The position numbers were made by a program, and so were the translations under genes. This document shows positions 26,314 to 39,663 of a DNA stretch of 64,000 nucleotides, in pieces. Position 1 is the stretch's first letter; each line of letters begins with the position of its first letter. Source of the DNA: Phyllosticta citribraziliensis (Eukaryota); assembly GCF_038025025.1 (NCBI RefSeq), contig NW_027117338.1, forward strand, positions 1,302,001-1,366,000. The letters run 5' to 3'. A model generated the notes under the pieces. The model was not told the origin of the DNA. It did no database searches and was given only the letters and a program-made list of their open reading frames with translations.

Positions 26314-28449
26314 GCGGCTCTCTCGCCCTCAGCATCCCTGCGGCTTCTTTTTTCTTCTCTGGCTGCCCATCATCTTCGCCATTGGCATGTCACCTTTTGG
26401 TTTCTTCTTCCTGGACAAACGACAAGCGCGATGGAGCAAGGAAAGTTGGCGAGTGGATAGCAGAAAACGGCCTGGGGATACGATGGTGTCTGTCTTTCGG
26501 CGGAAGTGTCCTGCCCTTCCCTTTCATATTCGAGGATTGCCACAATCACATTGGCAGTCTAGAAGTCGGTGGTAATTCTTGGTCGAAGGAAACCAAATTG
26601 CATGGAATAATCAGGTCTCTTGTGACGTGCCTGTGTCAAGCTGGTATTGTGGCGGATGCGTGTTGTTTGCGAAAGACTGTCTCAAGTCTTTGTCGACTAG
26701 CTCTTGCTCATTCTGTTCATTCTGGTGTTGCTGACACAATGTTCCAGTACCATCACCAAGTGGTGAGCTGCTGAGTGTCGAAAGAAATGATCCTCCCTGG
26801 GCAACGTGTCTGCGGTTGTGAACGACTGCTCCCAGAGCGCTGCCTGGCAGAGAACGACGAGAAACCTGCTGCAATCGAGCTGCCGAGATTCGCGATCGCC
26901 ACGGAAGCGGTAGATGAAGAGTTGGAGTTGGGGTGACGTGATTAGGTGCTCTAGCTAGACTACCTATGTACGGCATGTACGCGACGTGATGTGGCTCACG
27001 CGTCCATTCTAGACATGGTCCAGCGTGGTTCCTAAATCTGGAAGCTTAAGCGAAGGCCTGACGTCATTGTCCAAACAGACGGACGGGGCCAAAGAAGGCA
27101 GCAATCTAGGAGACATCCAACCACGGCACCCGTTGATGGCCAAATGGAATCCGGCTGATCTGTCTCTGCTCGCGAATACGACTTGTGGGATTGACCAGGG
27201 ATACAACGGTTTCCATGGGGAGAATGTCTGGCTTGGGTTCGGGTAGCAGAGGAGCAAGCCCCTGATCGCGATTGCAAGGACCGGGCTACGGTGATGCAGT
27301 GGAGTTCAAGGCGAACGAGGTGCGGATGATTGTACCGGCACCGACAAGCGTTCAGCCTCAGATGAAACTCCTGAATGAGGCACGTGTCCGGAATGAAACA
27401 AGGGAGCAAGTGGTAAATACATGGCGGATGTCTACGACAGCTATTTGGCGATGGCACAATGGACTGTAGAGTAGATATCTCCTCTCCGTCGTCTCCAGCA
27501 AAAGGCTCGGCGGGTCTGGGGAGCTGCCCGATGCGCAACCCTGTTTTGGTGCCCCAGACGTGATGTCAGCCGCGGGTTGGGGTTCAGGGACATGGCCCTG
27601 ATGGCGTAACCAGACCCTGTGACACCCAGACAGCAGACATGCGGTGGAAGAGTGGCGGTACTTGTGCGATGAGAGCGCTGAGACAAATGGCACGAATGAG
27701 AATCACGAAAAGATGTTGGGCATGGCCAACAGGTGGCAGCCCAGCGGGAGGGAAGCGGGAGGCGGCATCCAGATCCGGCTCCGGATCCTCCTTGGTGTTT
27801 GGCAGGGGTAGGTGGAGGGCGAGCATGGATGGGGCTGTAGGGCTGCTGAGGTGTTGGTGCGATGGATGTCCAGTTGATGATGTACGAGGTGGAGCACCAC
27901 GTCGAAGGCACGTCATGTGTCTGTGGCGGCCGTTGAGGATGGAAACCTCACGGAGCCTGGAGCCGGATGGCCATTGTCGTTGGGTATTGCCGTTGCCATC
28001 AATTGCCATCGAGCGCACCGTCATCGCTGGTTAGCCCGTTTGGTAGGTCAAATTAAATTGCCTTGGCGACCGGACACGCCCGCGCTCCTGTGTTTGGACT
28101 AAGCTACCCTAACGTTCCAAACTTGGGCAGCTCCGAAATCAACCCTCATCACGGCCATTTCGCTCTGCCATTGTTCATGGCCCTCTAGACGACGACCGCA
28201 ATCGACGCTGCAATTGTAAGTGCCACCTCTCAGTCCACGCTGCCCGCCTGAAACGCGAGTTTCAACTTTCAGCGGCGCACGAGCGCACTGCCCACGCAGC
28301 ATCATTAGGGCACCTCCCGCCTCCAGCCCGCCGCGCCGCCTTCGACATCCTACTCACCACCTCACCCCTCTGCCCGCGAGGCATGCCCGCTTGATTTCCT
28401 CATCCCTACGCTATCCCTTTCCAGCCTCGTTTGACTGACCATCTCAGCC

Positions 28450-30489
28450 ATGTCCTCACCAGCTCCTAGTAGTGGCGCTGGAGGCGTACGCAACCTCCGT
28501 GCCATGTTCGAGAAATCAAACCCTACTCCTGACTCCCCTGAAGCCGGCTCCCGCGGCCGCTCTTACTCCCCCGTCGGCAGCGTTCGCAGTCGCGACTCAA
28601 GCGCGCGCAACACCTCCAGAATCCGCGCCAGCTTCGTCTCCGTCGAGGGCGTCGACCCCATCGCCCGCATGGCTCAAATGACCCAATCCACAATGAGTCC
28701 CACCTCGCATCCGGGCGACTTTGAGCCCCCTCAGGACATTCCTGCCAACGATGCTCACCCAGAAGGAAGCACCGCTGCTCATCGTCGCGGGAGCATGAGC
28801 CTGGACCCTAACAGGGATTCGGAAGTGCTTGAAGAAGTCAGGCAATCTGTCACGCAAGAAGTGAGGGAACGCCGAGCCTCTCTGCAAGTCGACGAGGTCG
28901 TACCTGAGCAGGCCGTTGCCCCCAGCACCCTCAACACACCTTTTCCCGAAATCAAGGAGGATGAGGCCATGGGAAGCTTCGTAGACAACGAGGACAACAA
29001 ATTGCAAGATTCCAAGTTGTCCAATGCTCCGGGTCCGAAGCAGGAAGCTACCCAGGAGAATGCCAACAACGCTGTCGCCGAAGCTGCCAAAAATCTCCGA
29101 AAGGTTGAGCTTGCAGCTCACGAGCACCCGCGCACCGAAAGCGACACGGCCATTGAAGACAAGCCCGCGTCCATGGCGCACAACGCACAAGCCAGAAGCG
29201 AACCGGCCGCTCTCATCGATCTCTCTGAAGACTTTACGGACCGGAGCGGTGCAGCTCATCCGACCACGAACGATGATATCACGGCGCCCAAGCCTCTTGA
29301 GGCTGAAGATGTCCAGAACAAGCGTCAGGAAGACCCGACGTCTGTGTCGGAGGAGAAACCCGAGCCATTGGTTGAGTTCGCGGAGGTCAAAGGCACTCCT
29401 GTGGAGGACAATGCCGAGATCGCCGTGGAAGAAGCCGCTCCGCCTGCCGTGGAGGAGACGGCCGAACCCCCTGCAGAGGAAAAGGTTGAGGCTGTTCCCG
29501 CCCAAGAGGCGTCAAATGGCGAAGCTGCGCCTGAACATGAGGAGCAGCCCGCGCCCCAGGAGAAGCCCGCAGAGTCAGTGCCAGACTCACCCAAGAAATC
29601 TCCTACCCCTGTGCCAACTGAGACGCCCGCGTCGTCCATCACGTCGCCCAAGTCGACTTCTTCCAAGACTGCCGCTGCTCCAGCCGAACAGCCCACGAAG
29701 AAGACGTCCAGACATTCGCTCCAGTCAACGACCTCTAGCGCCACAACCGGAGCGAAGCCGCGCTCGTCTTCTAGATCTGCCGCAGAGAAAAAGACCGCCC
29801 AGACTGCCGGTACTGCCAAGCCGAGGCCGAAATCCCCGACCCGTCCCGCTAAGGTACCGTCTCGCCTCACGCAGCCAACGGCGGCTTCGGCAATCAAACG
29901 CGACGAGGACAAGAAGGCTACGTCATCGACCACTGCGCGCAAGCCTGCGACCACTGTTCCTCGCGCGCCCGCTGTCGCATCCAAGACGACCACCGCGGCC
30001 GCTGCCAAGAAACCCGCTACGTCGCGCCCCCCGCCCGCCTCGTCCAGCTCAACCAAGCGCCCCGAATCGCGCACCTCCCGTACTAGCGTTGGAGGCAAGG
30101 CTCCTGATGACTTCCTGGCCCGCATGATGCGGCCTACAGCCGCGTCTGCGAGCAAGACCCACGAAAAGACAGACGTCAAGTCTCCTCCCCGCCGCAACCC
30201 TGTCCCCAAGCCCAAGCAAGCCAACGGTGAAGCGTCCAAGGTCAAGAGAAAGGTTGTAGAAGGCGCTGAAAAGGCCAAGGACAAGGCTGCGGCTGTCGTT
30301 GGCAAGAAAGAACCAGAAACAAGCGCGAAACTGGAGCCCTCGGCTCCCATTGACGACAAAGCTGAAGCAGATGCCCCTGCAGACAGCGGCGCGGGGGAGG
30401 GGTCCGAGACACCTGTGCCGAACCACGGCGAGGACAGCACCTCGATGACCCAGACCCCTGCCGGCCTCGAGGGCGGCGTTATCCGGTAA
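28450..30489 (+). CDS. Low-complexity protein (679 aa): acidic middle, basic S/T/P/K-rich C-terminus; possibly cytoskeleton-associated
   Basis: Long ORF with fungal codon bias; N-terminal GGVRNLRAMFE; two related motifs SRLTQPTAAS and ARMMRPTAAS. Function is inference only. Confidence 0.85.
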   Translation: MSSPAPSSGAGGVRNLRAMFEKSNPTPDSPEAGSRGRSYSPVGSVRSRDSSARNTSRIRASFVSVEGVDPIARMAQMTQSTMSPTSHPGDFEPPQDIPANDAHPEGSTAAHRRGSMSLDPNRDSEVLEEVRQSVTQEVRERRASLQVDEVVPEQAVAPSTLNTPFPEIKEDEAMGSFVDNEDNKLQDSKLSNAPGPKQEATQENANNAVAEAAKNLRKVELAAHEHPRTESDTAIEDKPASMAHNAQARSEPAALIDLSEDFTDRSGAAHPTTNDDITAPKPLEAEDVQNKRQEDPTSVSEEKPEPLVEFAEVKGTPVEDNAEIAVEEAAPPAVEETAEPPAEEKVEAVPAQEASNGEAAPEHEEQPAPQEKPAESVPDSPKKSPTPVPTETPASSITSPKSTSSKTAAAPAEQPTKKTSRHSLQSTTSSATTGAKPRSSSRSAAEKKTAQTAGTAKPRPKSPTRPAKVPSRLTQPTAASAIKRDEDKKATSSTTARKPATTVPRAPAVASKTTTAAAAKKPATSRPPPASSSSTKRPESRTSRTSVGGKAPDDFLARMMRPTAASASKTHEKTDVKSPPRRNPVPKPKQANGEASKVKRKVVEGAEKAKDKAAAVVGKKEPETSAKLEPSAPIDDKAEADAPADSGAGEGSETPVPNHGEDSTSMTQTPAGLEGGVIR

Positions 30490-32104
30490 GGCAGACGAGC
30501 TTGGCCAGCCCTGAGTAGCTGATAGCGGTTGTGAGCAAAAAGGTCAAAATCATCAATTTCGCATGGGCAGCTGCCGCTGCAGTTGCAGGATCATCATTGC
30601 AACTGCTGCAGCAGCAATCATGGCAGCAGCAACACAATGTCACCATCGGCCGTGGCCGCACCCACCAGGAACCATCTTCCTCTACGATCCACCACTCCAT
30701 CGCGGCCCTACCGCGCATCTTCATCGTTAGAGCCGGCGTCGTCGCCTTCAACAACAACAACAACACCTCGAACCAACACCACTACCGCCACCTCTGTAAC
30801 CACATCAACTTTTCCAGACAGCGATGGCTCTACCATTAGCAGCATCGACAGTGTCATGCTTGGCCGTCATACTCCAACGATTCAAAATCTCCACAGCAGT
30901 GGCAGTGGTGGAGGCGATTCGCAACAGCGCAAATCTGGCCGCATCTCAAACTTGATATCAATGTTTGAAGGGCGATGAAGCGGACTGTGGCATCTCGTCT
31001 CTCCGCTTCACACGTTGCCGACTCAGCAGCAGTTGTTGTTCTTGCCGATATTCCCCGTCGGTCCGTTTGGTGGTTGGCTTCCATGTTGTTGGCTGGTTCC
31101 GTGGTGGTGCTGTCGTCGCTGGTCGTCGTCGCTTCCCCCAAGCACCTTCTACCCCTTTTTTCGCTCATCATACCCCTGTTGGCTACTTTGCGCCGCTCAT
31201 GCTCTTGCACACATGTACTCTTTCACTCTTCATCCCACGTCACAACTGGCGCCGGATATCCCCAATCACATCACCTTCTGTCGCTGTTTAAAACCCCCTG
31301 TAGTAGTCCTTGTAGTCAGTAGTATCCCGATTGATCCAAATCCCCCCAGTAAACGCGAAAGAAAGCGCGGTCCGAAATTCTCTTTTTCACTTCTTCTCTG
31401 TCGTTGTCGAAGCGAAGCGTTGAGCGTGTGGGCGTTCGCTTTACCCACTTTCCTCCCTTTGTCCTGCGAGCAGCGCTGTCGCAGATTGAGCGAGAATGTC
31501 TACGTTGTGCGTTGTGTGTTGCTAACTCCCTGCTACCGTCGCTTTTTGTGTTGGAGCCCCCGATAGACCTGCCTTCATCTTCTCGCCTTTCTTTTGAAAC
31601 GGCTGGCTTGTTGGCTGCACGGCTGCGTCGTGTGTATACTACAGTAGGCAAATTGGCACGTGGAATGCGATGGCTGATGGTGTAAAAATATTAGTGGTTG
31701 TAATGAAGAGATGTTGACCTGCGGCTTTATCCGTGGCTCTTGCGCCCTTTTCTTACGCCTCTCTTTACTTGGTCAGTGTATAGTCAAGGTTGTGGAATGT
31801 GGCATTGATTTGTCGGAAGACTCGTCGAGAAGCAGAGGAAAGCAAATCCATTGTACATCGTACCCAAGCCAACGCCCCCATCCCTCAACCTTCCCATACG
31901 TACACAAGTCCTTGTCATCATACGCCGTGCATCCAATCCATTCGTTCATCCACGTATTCGTCATCGTTGTTGTCATCTGTCTTTGTGTCTTTAGTCTCTG
32001 ATGATTTACTCTGCATAATCATAGCAGCACCCCAAATGTTCAAACGCCCCAAATGCCAAAAGCAAAATGCGAAGCCATATGGCAAAGAAGAAAGGCCCAA
32101 CATC

Positions 32105-33775
32105 TCAAACGACGGTCAAAGTGCTGACGGCGTCGTTCTTCAAGACCTCGAAAATGAGGCCCGGGAAGCCGTAAATTTCGCTGATGCCAAACGAGTTGTC
32201 CATGGCGGCGCTGGCCGCATCGGAGACGCCGACGCCTCCTGCGCCGACGCCACCCTTTTTGCTGCGCGACTGCACCGGCGATGCCGTCGCCTCCTCGAAG
32301 CCGCCGAGGAGCTCGCAGCTGCTGCCGGGGCTGTCGCCCCACCCCCGATTCAGCACCATGCCGCGCTGCATGGAGCGCTCTTCCTCGTCTGTGTTGCAGT
32401 ATGATTTGAAGGCCTCGAGGAGGCGGCCCTTGCAGTCGGCAAACGGCATTTCGGATGTCAACGGCTCCTTGTACAGTTCTGTAGGTACGTGTTCGAGGAC
32501 CCAGCGCGACCGTCGGTGTCTGTTGAAAGGGTAGGATCCGGGCACGTTGCCGTGGAAGATGACTTTCGTGGCTACTAGGTTATTTTCAGAGGGCGGCCAG
32601 TCTGCGGGGACATCGCGCGTTGGGTGGGTAGAGGTTGGCGAGGGCGCGGAGATGGCTGTGGGAGTGGAGATGAGGATGTCGAAGCCATGGTTGAAGTAGT
32701 TGTAAAAGTGCTCTGGTGACGCGTCGTTGGCGTCGAGGTATGTCTTGGAATTATCGTCTTCGGAGCCTTCTGACTCCTCGCGCTCGGAGCCAGTGTACGA
32801 CATGTTCTCTTCGTTTTCTGACGACTCTCCGTCAGCGTAGGGGATCGAGGCCTGACTGCTGGCGAGTCCGTTGAGACTTTGTCTCTTCCCGTGGATAGCT
32901 AGGCGGTTGTCATTCTTGCGGTATATGGCGTCTGGGGGCCCTAGTTCAGTTACAAGTTCTTGTGGAGTCGTCTCGCTGAGGTTGATCCAAAAGGGCGGGC
33001 TTGAGCGCCTTATGAGCTCGATCCTGCCCTCACCGTAGATCTTGACCAACTCAACCTCGTCCGCAACATTCGCCTTGCTTGCCAACTCCAGAGATCTTGG
33101 ATTTACAGGCGCCTGGGTGAATAAAGCTCCGCGAGCTTTCGGCCAGGACTCGCCGTGAAAGATGGCCATTGAGGTGGCAGGCGCAGTCGCGTGCGATGAG
33201 AGCAAAGACACAAAATCCTTGTCGGGAGACCACTCTGAGGCTTGCAAAGGAAAGTTGAAGGCAATCCCAGGGTATGACAAAACATAGGTTCCGACCCCAT
33301 TTGCCTGATCTTCAGCCGGCGGTATGTACTCGCCCGCGTATGTTGGTCCAAGAAGCCGGTCGTAGACGTGGCGGAACCTAGGACCAGTGGGACCTGCGCG
33401 CACCCCCAGAGTTCCTCCCAACTCTCCAATCTTCACAACCTCGATGTTCTTGTAGCTTAGCCGGGTCTTGCTAAAGTCGGTCACTTCGATCAAACGCAGG
33501 CGCTGGTCCGGGCCGTCGAAGCGGAGGCGGAGGCCATTTTCGGGCAAGGACAGGACCACGGGAATCTTGACAGGGTATTTCGGGTCAAATGTAAGCTGCA
33601 TCTTGGGGTAGAGAGACGGCTGGGCTTTGACGCGGGTCAAGATGTCGTGAAGGGAGGCTCCGAGGACTACCACATGTCAGCCGCAGTCGCACAAAGCGAG
33701 GAAGACGGTACACAGACCCATAAAGCCCAAGGAGCGTCCGGGGAGGATGGCAGTTGATGGTGGCGGGCTGGTCAT
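32105..33775 (-). CDS. UPF0183 / PHAF1 (C16orf70-like) family protein
   Basis: Exon 1 33775-33718 (MTSPPPSTAILPGRSLGFM), intron 33717-33667, exon 2 to 32105; motifs GLRLRFDGPDQRLRLIEV, FYNYFNHGFDIL, HGNVPGSYPFN. Confidence 0.85.
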
Positions 33776-34256
33776 GGTCGAGGTCAACCACCCAGCGTGG
33801 AGATGGGCAGCTGGGGAGAGAGGATGGGCAGTGAGATGGGGAAGACGACGAGTCGGTGGCTGGACCCTGAGGCCCCGCAGCCGGTTAGAGGTCAAACACG
33901 TGTGGTGTCCACGCGGTGGATTTCAGTGTTGGCGGGCAGCAGCTGAGCACAGAAACGGAAGAGGTACGATGTAGCAGACACGACGGGCATTTTCGCCTTT
34001 GAGTGGACGACGAGTAAACCAATGATGACGTCCGTTGGCTCTGGATGGGGAACCCGTGAGCATTGGTCTCCAGCTCCCGTCAGATGGATCAGATTGCAGC
34101 AGGGGTCTGTATCGATAAGCGGCCCAGCTCCGGATTGGTGCTAGCTCGAGCGGAGGTCCGTCGTTTGTTTACAGCCAGCGGCGCCAAAACAATTGCCTCG
34201 ACTCCCCACCAACTCCCGCCAACCCCCAGTCACCATCTCCACCACCATCATCCACA

Positions 34257-37200
34257 ATGGCAGGTCCTCCAAGACCTGGCCTGCCCGCGAGCAGAATTGG
34301 CTCAATGCGCCCGCCCCAGAACCGCCCTGTCGACCTTCGCCGTCGCGCTGCCACTCCGGTCCTTAACAGTGGCCGCGTTTCGCCCGCAGAGTCCGTCGCA
34401 TCCGTCGCGACCTCTGCCACCAACCGATCTCCCGTGTCGCGCAAGCGCAAAGAACGAGAATTCGAATCAAGCTCCGACACCAACATCAATGTCGTCGTCC
34501 GCTGTAGGGGCCGCAACGATAGGGAAGTCCGCGAAAACAGCGGCGTTGTCGTGTCCACCAATGGCGCCAAGGGCAACAGCGTCGAACTGTCCATGGGACC
34601 CAACGCTCTCAGCAACAAGACATACTCTTTCGACAAGGTCTTTTCGCCGGCCGCGGACCAGGTAATGGTCTTTGACGAAGTCGTTGCGCCTATCTTGAAT
34701 GACGTACGTGGACAGCCAAAAGACGTCTTCGACCACAAACTGACGACAACAGGTTCTCGACGGCTTCAACTGCACGATTTTCGCCTACGGACAGACTGGA
34801 ACCGGAAAGACGTATACAATGTCAGGAGATATTACCGATATGCTACCGCTCCCGGACGCCGCCGGTATCGTCCCTCGCGTTCTGCACGCATTGTTCGACA
34901 AGCTCGAGAGCAACGACCACGAAAACTCGGTCAAGTGCTCATTCATCGAATTGTACAACGAGGAACTCCGCGACCTCCTTGCCGCCGATGACAACGTCAA
35001 ATTGAAGCTGTACGAGGACAACAGCAAAAAGGGCCACTCGTCAACCATCGTCCAAGGAATGGAGGAGTCGCACATCAATAATGCCACCAAGGGAATCCAA
35101 CTGCTGCGAAATGGCAGCCACAAGCGCCAAGTAGCGGCCACCAAGTGCAACGATCTCAGCTCCCGTAGTCATACGGTCTTTACCATTACCGTATACATGA
35201 AGCGCACTTCGGACACGGGCGAGGATTTCGTAAGCGCTGGAAAATTGAACCTTGTCGACTTGGCGGGCAGCGAAAACATTCAGCGCAGTGGAGCAGAAAA
35301 CAAGCGCGCCGCTGAAGCTGGCCTGATCAACAAGTCTCTGCTGACTTTGGGCCGTGTCATCAACGCGCTGGTGGAGAAGAGCTCACACATTCCTTACCGC
35401 GAGTCGAAATTGACCAGGCTACTGCAAGATTCATTAGGAGGGCGTACAAAGACCTGCATCATCGCTACGCTCTCTCCGGCAAAGAGCAATCTCGAGGAGA
35501 CCATCTCTACGTTGGATTATGCCTTCCGCGCCAAGAACATCCGGAATAAGCCCCAGACGAATCAAATGGTCTCGAAAAAGACTTTGTTTAAAGAATTTAC
35601 GTCGGAAATCGAGAGACTCAAAATGGAGCTGATTGCGACGCGGCAGAGGAATGGTGTGTATCTCGCCCAGGAGCAATATGAGGAAATGACCACCGAGAGC
35701 GAGTCTCGAAGAATTTTGGCCGAGGAGCAAAAGGACAAAATTGAGACCATGGAGAACAACTTGCGCAACAAGGTCCAGGAGCTGTTCAACTTGACGACAT
35801 CCATGAGCACTCTGAAGAAGGACCACGAGGCCGCAAAGACTGCGCTGGAAGGAACCCAGAGCATCCTTGAGAAAACTGAGGTCGTTTTGGAGCACACACG
35901 GAATACACTCGCGGAGGAGACCGAGTTCCGAAAAGCCCACGCTAAAACGGAGGAGCAGCTTGCCAACATTGGGAGGGATCTCATTTCGACTTTGGGCTCA
36001 ACCACATCCGACATTGGCGGACTGCGTTCTAAGCTGCGCAGAAGGTCAGACCTCCACTCGACGAATCGCAGGCAGTGGGGCTCCACTCAGCAACAGGTAT
36101 CTGGTACGACGCGCCTGGTTGAAGACCGCATCTCCGATTTTCAAGACCAGCAACAGGACCTCATGGCTGTGCTTACACGCAGGATGAAGAGCTTTGTGGA
36201 GGACGAGCTGCAGAACCTTGGTTCTTCTCAGACTCTGCTCCAGGAAAAGATGCAGGCTTTCGAGGAGTCGAGGAAAGAGGTCAACGATCAAACGGCAACT
36301 TCGCGGGACGACATGAACGAGGTACTGGAAGAAATCAAAGGCCTGAGAGAAGACGTCAAGTCAAAGGTTGGCTCGAGTCTGAACGATCTGTCCGCTGCTG
36401 CGGAGCGCATCTCTGCCGGAATTGTGACAGAACTTGAAGGCTTCCATACCCAGCTGCACGCGTCGTATGCGTCGCTGGGGCGTGACTTCAAGACTACGTT
36501 TGACGACCTCATCAAGCAGCTCAACGAGCAGCAGGGTGAGGTCGATTCTCTGAGAAAGCAAATCTCTGAAGCCAACCTCGAGGTCTTGAGGGCCAACCGC
36601 GCGACGCAGTCCAGCTTGGTCAGTGTGATTGAAGAGGAAAAGCTAAAGGCGGCTGCTGAGAAGGAGGCACTACTGGCCCAGATGACTGCGCTCATCAATA
36701 ACAACTCTACATCGCAAGAGCAGCGCATTGCGGAGCGCATTGCAAGCGTTTCCCAGAGCATTGACTCTGCCAACACTGGCTTAGAGACCGCAAACCAGTC
36801 CTACGGCGAGGGCATGGACGCTTGGTCTGGCAAGGCCTCCGAACTGATCAGTGGAGTTGTCAAGTCTCGCGAAAATGTCAAGACCAAGATCAAGGCCGAC
36901 TTTGCTGCTGCCAATGAACATACCGACTCTCTCCGCCAGACGACTGCCTCTGTGCACGAGTCCACAGTCAAGATTGTCGACGATCAAATGGCCAACATGG
37001 ACAGCCAACTCCATTCGTTTGACGAGATTGTTGACCGTCTTCGTGCCCGTAACGAAGCACACCACACCAGCCACACCGAATCTCTGTCCGCGCTCGCAAC
37101 AACTGTCCAGACCTCGTACTCCAGCATCGGAGACCACTTCAACACTTCCTTCTCGCGCGTTCAAGACCTTGGAACTGACATGGAAGCCAAGACTGCCATC

Positions 37201-37959
37201 TTGCAGGCCACTTTGCCGACTCTTGCGGAAGACGCCGAAATCCGTGGTCCTCTGCGGACTCTTCGCACAGAAGTCGAGAACCAGGCTCTGCAAGAATACA
37301 CTCCGACGGGCGAAACCCCCCAAGTCAAGAAGTACCAGTACCCCACCAAGCTGCCTCGCACGGATTCACAGGATGTTTTCCTCGCCAAAATTCGGGGTCA
37401 ATACACTGAGACTAGCCCGGCTGTCCCCTCCGAAGCACCGTCCGCTGCCGCTTCTCCGCTGAGAAGTCCAAACAAGACGGTGATCTACACCGACGCAACA
37501 CCCTCAAACGATACTTCGGACATTTCCACCACGATGGTCAACACGACCTTTGCCGCATCTACAAACAAGGCGGCACGCCCCGACAGTTCGACGTCCGACA
37601 TGTCGCTCCGCGAACTCGACCCCAACACGACGGCTTCAGCACAGCAACAGACGATCGAGTGTGCCTCGGCGCCCGCCACAGTGAGTCTGAGCATTGCATC
37701 ACCCACTCTCGCTGCTGCTTCCGATCCCTCCTCCACTGCCGCTTCCTCTGCTGCTGGCGCCCATTCTTTGCCCCAGCTAAAGCGCAAGGACAGCGAAAAC
37801 AGGAGCGAGAGCAAGTTGCCCACCAAGAAGAAAGCCACGCGCATGACGGTCGCCGGCGTTGATCACGAGAACCTGCCGCCTGCCGGCGCTGACTTTAGCA
37901 AGAGTGTTGGTGTTGGTAGCACGGGCAGGAGGCTGCGAAGCCATGGCACCGGCTCGTAA
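34257..37959 (+). CDS. bimC: Kinesin-5 (BimC/Eg5/Cin8 family) mitotic motor, ~1217 aa
   Basis: Exons 34257-34703 and 34753-37959; NINVVVRCR, P-loop GQTGTGKT, SSRSH, LVDLAGSE, HIPYRESKLTRLLQDSLGG, long coiled coil, BimC box YTPTGETP. Confidence 0.97.
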
Positions 37960-38817
37960 AAACGGAAAGGAATGGCCACCTTCGGTCAACGGCGTTTGAG
38001 TCGAGTCTTTTTTCTTGATGATCTTGATGCGCGTCTAGGGCTAGACCTTTTGCAGCTTCGGCGTTGGATGTTGGATGGATGGCTGGTCCACGTTGTTGAT
38101 ATGTTCGCGTGGTGGTCCTGAGCTTGTTCTTAGACCACTGGTAAACACTCGTCGCCGCTTTCTCTTCTTCCTTCCTTTGTTCGTGCGTCTTTGTCCTATC
38201 CGTTGGTTTGACAGCGGTGGTGGCAGAGGAAGAGCCTTGGCTTTTGCGGCCAGGAGTTTGGTGTAGATGCTTTCACACTTGTGTATATCTTAGTCTCTTT
38301 TTGGGAGTGGGGGAGTTTGGGGCGGTGGGCCGAGCGCAGCCGGAGGGTTTCCTAATTCTTGAATATGATTTTCACTTCGTGCTTTTGGCCGACCATCTCT
38401 TTCAAGTGGTTGGTCCTCTAGGCGCTAAACGCGGCCAGGTCAGTGAGGGCATGGGGGGGAGAGCGGCTACTCGACGTAGCGGATCTCTCGTTTGCCTGTC
38501 TCATTCAGGTTGTGCATTGTTCACGAGATAAAGGTTGCCTTGATATCTTCTCCGCAGGCCTTTCTTGCTGCTCGCAGCTCCATCCCTTTCAAGCTGCTTG
38601 CCTCGATTAATCCACGCTCGCCCTCACGCGGCATCTGGGTTTCTGCCTAGGTATCTTGTGCAGCCTTTCCTTCCCGCAGAACCACCTGCCTCGCCGCTTT
38701 TTCAAGTCCCCTTCCCTTTTGCCAGGAGTAGTAGCCCCTCTGGCAGACGCTCCCGGGGAAGCTGAATGCTTCAATACCCACCACCCGAGAAACAGAACCC
38801 AGCTCCAAACCCACCGC

Positions 38818-39663
38818 TCACGGCATCTCCGCGCCCGAGTCATGACGCTCATCCTCCTCATAGTCCAGCCCACGGCGACCACCACTCCTGCCAGCGCCAG
38901 CGCCAGCGCCGCCGCCGACGATGCGGTCGGTAGTATCCACCTTCCCAACCTCTCGGGGTGCCTCGTCAACCTCGACTCCAAACAGCCACTTGACCTCATT
39001 CCATCGCGAAAGCAGCCACAGAACTTGTCTCCCGAGCCGCAGCCGCTCGCTCCCTGCCGCCGTCCTGGCAGCAAGCATGTCACCGGGCACGCTGCCAGGC
39101 ACGCCGTCCCCGTCGCAGCTAGGTGCACTGCCAAACACGTCTTCAGACGCAGAGGCGTCCAGCGATCCCGCCAGCTCGGCGCGAAAGACGGCTTTGAGCA
39201 GCTCGACGGCTTCGAAGTGGAGGCGTTGGCATTTGTGCATTAGAGTCGTGGTAGTGCCCTTGTTGTTGTCGGTGTTGCTATATGCAGTAGTGGTGGTGGC
39301 GGGAGTGGTGTGGGAAGAAAAGGCCGAATAGAGGCGCGGCCAGAGGACAGAAATCTCGCGCGTCACCGTGAAGAGGTGGGATGTGCAGGCCTGTACGAAT
39401 GCTTCCTTATCACCTGCCAGGAAGGAGGGGGAAGGAGAAGGAGAAGGAGGAGGAGGAGGCGTGGTTTTGGATGTGGTGGGTGTGGGTGTGGGTGTGGAGG
39501 GGAAAGCGATGGTTGTGCTTTGGCCCGTGGTGATTGTGGTGGGTCGCATGTTCCTGTTGATGCTACCGTCATCGTCCGAGGCAGGTGTGAGGAGGAAGTT
39601 TGGGAGCGGGCGCATGTTGATGCTCTGCTGTCGTGGTGTCATGGGCGTCTTGTTGTTGTCCAT
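38818..39663 (-). CDS. Hypothetical protein (281 aa)
   Basis: ATG-initiated ORF with P/T low-complexity N-terminus and helical-looking segments (FVQACTSHLFTVTREISVLW, LGRQVLWLLSRWNEVKWLFG); no family recognised. Confidence 0.5.
   Translation of the reverse strand: MDNNKTPMTPRQQSINMRPLPNFLLTPASDDDGSINRNMRPTTITTGQSTTIAFPSTPTPTPTTSKTTPPPPPSPSPSPSFLAGDKEAFVQACTSHLFTVTREISVLWPRLYSAFSSHTTPATTTTAYSNTDNNKGTTTTLMHKCQRLHFEAVELLKAVFRAELAGSLDASASEDVFGSAPSCDGDGVPGSVPGDMLAARTAAGSERLRLGRQVLWLLSRWNEVKWLFGVEVDEAPREVGKVDTTDRIVGGGAGAGAGRSGGRRGLDYEEDERHDSGAEMP

Noticed and set aside
26400..28400. Several 60-170 aa ORFs on both strands
   Set aside because: No codon bias, motifs or consistent splice structure; treated as intergenic.
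28597..30440. Long antisense and alternative-frame ORFs (302, 367, 371 aa), and similar ones over SSADH (43589-44752), NOG2 and KHA1
   Set aside because: Shadow ORFs expected from GC3-rich codon usage of the real genes.
30487..30522. Stop-codon readthrough as the route to the C-terminal extension
   Set aside because: A second in-frame stop (TGA 30520-30522) follows, so only splicing can join the frames.
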